Source of the DNA: Pyrodictium abyssi
GTDB lineage: Archaea > Thermoproteota > Thermoprotei_A > Sulfolobales > Pyrodictiaceae
Direction of reading: 5' to 3'
Assembly (NCBI RefSeq): GCF_036323395.1
Contig: NZ_AP028907.1
Location: 960,001-992,000, forward strand
DNA length: 32,000 nucleotides
Shown: positions 27,400-32,000 of the stretch, in pieces
How the letters are laid out: each line of letters starts with the position of its first letter
How positions within the stretch are numbered: position 1 is the stretch's first letter
Program-made: the position numbers and the translations under genes
The notes under the pieces: model-generated
Database searches by the model: none
Told to the model about the DNA's origin: nothing
The model's input: the letters and a program-made list of their open reading frames with translations, nothing else

Positions 27400-28956
27400 A
27401 TGGAGACGGGTATCGAGGAGAAGCTCCGGGAGCTGCGCGAGCTCCGCCGCCGCGCCATGGAGGGCGGCGGGCCCGACAAGGTGAGGCGGCAGCGCGAGAA
27501 GGGCAAGCTGCTAGCCCGCGAGCGGATAGAGGCGCTCCTCGACCCCGGCAGCTTCCAGGAGATAGGCTGGCTGGTGACTACGCGTAGCAGCCTCTTCGGC
27601 CTCGACAAGAGCCGGGTGCCCGGCGACGGCGTGGTAGCGGGCTTCGGCCGGGTCGACGGCCGCCCGGTCTACGTGTTCGCCCAGGACTTCACGGTGATGG
27701 GCGGTAGTATAGGCGAGATGCACGCCGAGAAGATAGTGCGCACCATAGAGCTGGCGGTGAAGAGCGGCGTCCCCGTCATAGGCATGTGGGACTCCGGCGG
27801 CGCCCGCATCCAGGAGGGCGTCGCCGCGCTCCACGGCGTCGGCCGGATACTCAACGCGATTATACAGGCTAGCGGCGTGATCCCCCAGATATCGCTCGTC
27901 CTCGGCCCCTCGGCGGGCGGCGCAGCCTACGCCCCAGCCCTCATGGACTTCACGGTGGTCGTCGACCGGATAACCTACATGTTCATAACCGGGCCCGACG
28001 TCGTGCGGGAGGTCACCGGCGAGGACGTGGGCTTCGAGGAGCTAGGCGGCGCGCGGGTGCACAGCGAGCGGAGCGGGGTCGCGCACTTCCGCGCCTCTAG
28101 CGAGGAGGAGGCCTTCGAGACCGTCCGGCGGCTCCTCAGCTACCTGCCCGACAACAACGAGGCGCTCCTCCCCATAGAAGACACCGGGGACCCGGTGGAC
28201 CGCCAGGACCCAGAGCTCGACGCCATCATACCCCCGGACCCGATGAAGCCCTACGACGTGAGGGAGGTGCTGGAGCGGGTATTCGACGCCGGTAGCCTGC
28301 TCGAGGTCCAGAGCGAGTGGGGCACAAGCATAGTGACCGCGTTCGCCCGGCTCGGCGGCATACCGGTCTGCGTGGTGGCTAGCCAGCCCCTGGTGATGAG
28401 CGGCGCGATAGACATAGACGCGTCGTGCAAGGCGGCCCGCTTCGTGAGGTTCTGCGACGCCTTCAACCTCCCCGTGGTGACGTTCGTGGACGTGCCCGGC
28501 TACATGCCGGGGACGAGCCAGGAGCACGGCGGCATAATAAGGCATGGTGCTAAGATGCTCTACGCGTACGCGGAGGCCACGGTGCCGAAGATAACCGTGG
28601 TCCTCAGGAAGGCGTACGGCGGCGCCTACATATCCATGGGGAGCAAGTCGATGGGCGCGGACCTGGTCCTCGCCTGGCCCACAGCCGAGATAGCCGTGCT
28701 CGGCGCGGAGGCGGCTGTGAGGATACTCTACCGCCGCCAGCTAGCCCGGGCCGAGGACCCGGAGAAGCTGCGCCGCCAGCTGGTAGAGGAGTACCGCAGG
28801 ACGTTCCTCAACCCCTACCGGGCGGCCGAGCTGGGCCTCATCGACGACGTGATAGAGCCCCGGGAGACCCGGCCGAAGCTCTACCAGGCGCTGGCCGTGC
28901 TGCTGAAGAAGCGGGAGCACAGGGCCCCCAGGAAGCACGGGAACATACCGCTCTAG
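27400..28956 (+). CDS. pccB: Acyl-CoA carboxylase carboxyltransferase subunit (PccB/AccD/MmdA family)
   Basis: ORF 518 aa; DFTVMGGSIGEMHAEKIVRTIELAVKSGVPVIGMWDSGGARIQEGVAAL, FVDVPGYMPGTSQEHGGIIRHGAKMLYAYAEATVPKITVVLRKAYGGAYISMGSKSMGAD. Confidence 0.93.
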   Translation: METGIEEKLRELRELRRRAMEGGGPDKVRRQREKGKLLARERIEALLDPGSFQEIGWLVTTRSSLFGLDKSRVPGDGVVAGFGRVDGRPVYVFAQDFTVMGGSIGEMHAEKIVRTIELAVKSGVPVIGMWDSGGARIQEGVAALHGVGRILNAIIQASGVIPQISLVLGPSAGGAAYAPALMDFTVVVDRITYMFITGPDVVREVTGEDVGFEELGGARVHSERSGVAHFRASSEEEAFETVRRLLSYLPDNNEALLPIEDTGDPVDRQDPELDAIIPPDPMKPYDVREVLERVFDAGSLLEVQSEWGTSIVTAFARLGGIPVCVVASQPLVMSGAIDIDASCKAARFVRFCDAFNLPVVTFVDVPGYMPGTSQEHGGIIRHGAKMLYAYAEATVPKITVVLRKAYGGAYISMGSKSMGADLVLAWPTAEIAVLGAEAAVRILYRRQLARAEDPEKLRRQLVEEYRRTFLNPYRAAELGLIDDVIEPRETRPKLYQALAVLLKKREHRAPRKHGNIPL

Positions 28957-29420
28957 CCCCGCTCCTCGCACTTTATCCTCGCGACTACGCCTCCCCTGTC
29001 TACGCCCCTCCCGGCCTCGGCTATCTCCTCGACTACGCCGTGGCAGGGGGCGTGAACCTCGTTAACCATCTTCATGGTCTCGAGGAGGGCTATGACCTGG
29101 CCCTCTGTGACCCGGTCGCCCACCCTGGCCCGGGCCTCGACCACCTTGACCGGGAGCCGGGCCCGTATAGCCCCCGACTCGTCGACCGAGACCAGCCAGT
29201 CCTCGCGGCGGCCCCGCGTCCTCTGGCCCCTGTGGACGGCGCCGGGCCGGAGCGAGGCCAGGTGGTAGCTCCCGTACGGGGTCTCCAGGACGTCGCCGAC
29301 GAGCCGCGCCTGGATGGTGACTATCCGGCCGCCTACCTCGAGCCGGGCCTCGTATAGCCCGGGCGCGGTCTCCCGCAGCTCTAGGAGCCTAGCCCCTCCA
29401 GGGCGGCCATGGCCACCCAT
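28953..29420 (-). CDS. Biotin carboxyl carrier protein (BCCP) subunit
   Basis: ORF 155 aa; biotinylation domain GDRVTEGQVIALLETMKMVNEVHAPCHGVVEEI. Confidence 0.9.
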   Translation of the reverse strand: MGGHGRPGGARLLELRETAPGLYEARLEVGGRIVTIQARLVGDVLETPYGSYHLASLRPGAVHRGQRTRGRREDWLVSVDESGAIRARLPVKVVEARARVGDRVTEGQVIALLETMKMVNEVHAPCHGVVEEIAEAGRGVDRGGVVARIKCEERG

Positions 29421-30873
29421 AGCTGTGGCTCACCACTGCGAGCCGGGGTGCGGCCGCAGCGCCTCCGCGGAGCCCGTTGCCGTGGGCGTGTAGCTGGGAG
29501 GCTATAGCGGCTGCGAGCGCGCGCCTCTCCTCCGCGGCCTCTAGCAGCTCGGGGAGCCGCTCCTCGAGCAGGGTTGTCGAGTACTCGCCGTCGGCGAACC
29601 AGGGGCTCTCCACCACGACGCGGAGCAGGTCGAGGTTGGTCTCGACCCCGGCCACCACCATCTCGCGGAGCGCGGCCCGGAGCCTAGCCACGGCCTCGCC
29701 CCTGTCCATGCCCCTCGCTATCACCTTGGCGAGGAGGGTGTCGTAGCGGCTCGAGACGCGCTGGCCCTCCTCGACGCCCGAGTCTACGCGGATGCCGGGG
29801 CCCCGTGGCTCCCGGTACCTGGTGACCACGCCCTCGGAGGCCTGGAACCCGGCCCAGGGGTCCTCGGCGTAGATCCTCGCCTCTATCGCCCAGCCGTGGA
29901 GCCGGACGTCGCTCTGGCGTAGCGGCAGCCGGTTCCCCGCCGCCACGAGGAGCTGCATCTTGACTATGTCGACGCCGGTGACCTCCTCTGTGACACCGTG
30001 CTCCACCTGGAGCCTCGTGTTGGCCTCTATGAAGTAGGCGTTCCCATGCCGGTCCACGATGAACTCTACGGTGCCGGCGCTGGTGTAGCCCACGTGCTCG
30101 GCCAGCCGGAGGGCGTAGCCCAGGAGCCTCTCCCGTAGCCCGGGGATCCTCTCGGCCAGGGGGCTGGGCGCCTCCTCGACCACCTTCTGGCGGCGGCGCT
30201 GGAGCGAGCACTCCCTCTCGTAGAGGTGGAGGACCCTGCCGTCCTCGTCGCCGAGGACCTGGACCTCGATGTGCCGCGGCGCCTCTATGTAGCGCTCCAC
30301 GTAGACCTCGCCGCCGTCGCCGAAGCCGAGCCTCGCCTCGACCGCTACCAGCCTGTAGAGGCTCGCCGCCTCGCCGGGGCGCCGGGCCACCCTCATGCCG
30401 CGGCCGCCGCCGGCCCTGGAGGCCTTGAGCACCACGGGGTAGCCTATCTTCTCGGCGCAGGCCTCGGCCTCCTCGGGACTCGTGGCCCGGCACCAGGGCA
30501 GCGTCGGGACGCCGAGCCTCTCAGCCAGCGCCTTGGCGCTCGCCTTGTCGCCCAGCATCCTCATGGCCTTGGGGTGTGGCCCGGCCCAGGAGAGCCCCGC
30601 GTCGAGCACCCTTTCGGCGAACTCGGGGCTCTCGGAGAGGAACCCGTAGCCCGGGTGCACCACGTCCGCGCCGGTCTTGACCGCAGCCTCTATGATGGAG
30701 TCCATGTCGGTGTAGCTCCTCACGGGGACCGAGACTATGCCGGCCAGGACGTGGGGGCTAGCACGGTCGGCATCCTCGTATATCGTGACTGGCTCCCAGC
30801 CGAGCTCCCGCGCGGCACGGGCCACGCGGATAGCGACTTCGCCGCGCGCCGCTATCAGCACCCTCCTGGCCAC
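29389..30873 (-). CDS. accC: Biotin carboxylase (AccC/PccA-like)
   Basis: VLIAARGEVAIRVARAARELGWEPVTIYEDADRASPHV...HPGYGFLSESPEFA...RAGGGRGMRVARR...ECSLQRRRQKVVEEAPS...FIEANTRLQVEHGVTEEVTG. Likely GTG start 30873 rather than track start 31035. Confidence 0.92.
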   Translation of the reverse strand: MARRVLIAARGEVAIRVARAARELGWEPVTIYEDADRASPHVLAGIVSVPVRSYTDMDSIIEAAVKTGADVVHPGYGFLSESPEFAERVLDAGLSWAGPHPKAMRMLGDKASAKALAERLGVPTLPWCRATSPEEAEACAEKIGYPVVLKASRAGGGRGMRVARRPGEAASLYRLVAVEARLGFGDGGEVYVERYIEAPRHIEVQVLGDEDGRVLHLYERECSLQRRRQKVVEEAPSPLAERIPGLRERLLGYALRLAEHVGYTSAGTVEFIVDRHGNAYFIEANTRLQVEHGVTEEVTGVDIVKMQLLVAAGNRLPLRQSDVRLHGWAIEARIYAEDPWAGFQASEGVVTRYREPRGPGIRVDSGVEEGQRVSSRYDTLLAKVIARGMDRGEAVARLRAALREMVVAGVETNLDLLRVVVESPWFADGEYSTTLLEERLPELLEAAEERRALAAAIASQLHAHGNGLRGGAAAAPRLAVVSHSYGWPWPPWRG

Positions 30874-30924
30874 GGCCCTGGCACCCTTCCCCGATTCAAC
30901 ACGACCAAACCATGTATCTAAACG

Positions 30925-30938
30925 CTTATAAATATAAG
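30925..30938. promoter_or_regulatory. Symmetric TATA element shared by divergent birA and accC
   Basis: CTTATA-AA-TATAAG lies in the short gap between divergent start codons (accC 30873, birA 30962); an A/T-rich island in GC-rich DNA. Confidence 0.6.
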
Positions 30939-30961
30939 GCTTAAGGCGGGAGGCGAAAGCC

Positions 30962-31705
30962 GTGTACGACAGTGGACGTAGATACGTTTGTATACCCCGG
31001 GGTATCACCGGGGCAGGGGCAAGACGCCTAGCCATAGAGGTCTACGACACCCTGGAATCCACCATGGACACGCCGCCCCCACGCTTCCCCGGCGTGACAA
31101 TAGCCCTCGAGCAGACAAGGGGCCGCGGCCGCCGCGGTAACACCTGGACAAGCCCCCGCGGCGGCGCCTGGCTAACAATCCACCTCCCCGGCCCTCCGCC
31201 CCAGGCGGCGCCCAGCCTCCTTCCAGTCGCCCTCGGCGGCTGCCTAGCCGAGGCCCTCGAGCAGCTCCCCGGCGTAGAGCCAGGGGCGATAAAGGTCAAG
31301 TGGCCCAACGACCTCTACACGGCTCGGGGCAAGCTAGCCGGCATACTAGTCGAGACAGCCGGCGACACGCTCCGGGTAGGCATAGGCGTCAACGTCTACA
31401 ACCAGGCACCGCCCGGCGCCGCGCGGCTAGCAGACCACGGCTACCGAGGCCCACTAGCCCTCGTATACCTAGCAGTAACAGAGGCAGTACTCACCTCCCT
31501 AGAGCAGCCACACCGGGGCCTACAGGCGGCAAGGGAGAGAGACATGCTCAGAGGCCTCCATGTAGTGCTAGAGACGCCTACCGGCAGGCTAGCCGGAGTA
31601 GCCAGGGGCGTCACTGACACCGGGGCACTCGCCCTAGAGACTAGCGAGGGCATAGTAGAGGCCTACTGCTGCACCGTACTGACGTGGAGAAGGCTCCCAG
31701 GCTAG
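30962..31705 (+). CDS. birA: Biotin--[biotin carboxyl-carrier protein] ligase
   Basis: YDTLESTMDT...ALEQTRGRGRRGNTWTSPRGGAWLTIHLP...VKWPNDLYTARGKLAGILVETAGDTLRVGIGVNV are biotin ligase catalytic motifs. Confidence 0.92.
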   Translation: MYDSGRRYVCIPRGITGAGARRLAIEVYDTLESTMDTPPPRFPGVTIALEQTRGRGRRGNTWTSPRGGAWLTIHLPGPPPQAAPSLLPVALGGCLAEALEQLPGVEPGAIKVKWPNDLYTARGKLAGILVETAGDTLRVGIGVNVYNQAPPGAARLADHGYRGPLALVYLAVTEAVLTSLEQPHRGLQAARERDMLRGLHVVLETPTGRLAGVARGVTDTGALALETSEGIVEAYCCTVLTWRRLPG

Positions 31706-31772
31706 CACAGCGGCGCCGCGACAGAGAGGATATTCGCTAGCATCTGCGACATAACTTAACAGTGAGTGGAGA

Positions 31773-31886
31773 GGCCGGTCAGAGCATCAGGCGGCATCGC
31801 GGAAGGGAACTGGTAGTAGCCTAGGCCCCTGGAGAAGGGGGAGAGATGCTCCGAACACTCGAAGAAGACCGCGGGCTCTACCGGCC
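31773..31886. ncRNA. Candidate structured non-coding RNA of unknown class
   Basis: Nested perfect complements: GGCCGGT 31773-31779 / ACCGGCC 31880-31886; GAGCATC 31782-31788 / GATGCTC 31845-31851; CCCCT 31826-31830 / AGGGG 31836-31840. No ORF over 60 aa listed here. Confidence 0.35.
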
Positions 31887-32000
31887 CTCATGGGGCTCAT
31901 AGGTTACTGCAAGGGGTCCAAGCGTCGGGTTCACTGTGACACCGAGGATTTCGTCTACTATCCCCAGCCGCAGTCGAGGTTAATCTCGTAGTATGCGGCG

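Noticed and set aside
27511-28971. Minus ORFs antisense to pccB (107, 167, 76 aa)
   Set aside because: Antisense frame shadow of a high-GC gene; no recognisable domains, while the plus frame has all carboxyltransferase motifs.
29684-30493. 269-aa minus ORF MPGHESRGGRGLRRED... and plus ORF 30226..30921
   Set aside because: Out-of-frame shadows of accC; repetitive Arg/Gly/Ala composition.
30874-31035. N-terminal extension of the accC ORF to 31035
   Set aside because: It would overlap birA and read through the shared promoter; homology to biotin carboxylase begins at VLIAARGEVAIR, matching a GTG start at 30873.
31773-31886. Identity as RNase P RNA or SRP RNA
   Set aside because: Diagnostic conserved sequences (GAGGAAAGUCC/ACAGAA for RNase P; ordered GNAR helix 6 then GGAA helix 8 for SRP) were looked for and not found.

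Overview
This is a gene-dense hyperthermophilic crenarchaeal chromosome segment. The gene content (Cren7, TFE, aTrm56, MBF1, PAN, TmcA) is compatible with a Desulfurococcales/Pyrodictiaceae-like genome, but that taxonomic placement is inference. Most of the window is housekeeping. From left to right it contains: a lactate/glycolate-oxidation-type cluster (LUD protein, split Fe-S subunits, FAD subunit) on the minus strand; two minus-strand tRNAs (Asn-GUU and a CAU tRNA); the chromatin protein Cren7; a winged-helix-like protein; an intron-containing tRNA-Trp; S-adenosylhomocysteinase; an RHH/coiled-coil protein; an overlapping HflX - aTrm56 - TFE - C5 DNA methyltransferase array; MBF1; PAN; a YkgJ-like protein, a putative metallopeptidase, PhoH-KH ATPase and Taw3; five consecutive CBS-domain proteins (about 18 CBS motifs); a Mut7-C protein; a DedA/VTT membrane protein; TmcA; an M42 peptidase; and a biotin carboxylase system (carboxyltransferase, BCCP, biotin carboxylase, biotin ligase). 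I recognised no CRISPR array, transposase or phage module. The observations most worth a second look are the five-gene CBS array with an operator-like palindrome at one promoter, an all-cysteine-less N-terminal CCG domain in the lactate/glycolate Fe-S subunit, a C5 DNA methyltransferase with a PPCE motif translationally overlapping TFE, two candidate structured RNAs in intergenic DNA, and a symmetric TATA element between birA and accC.
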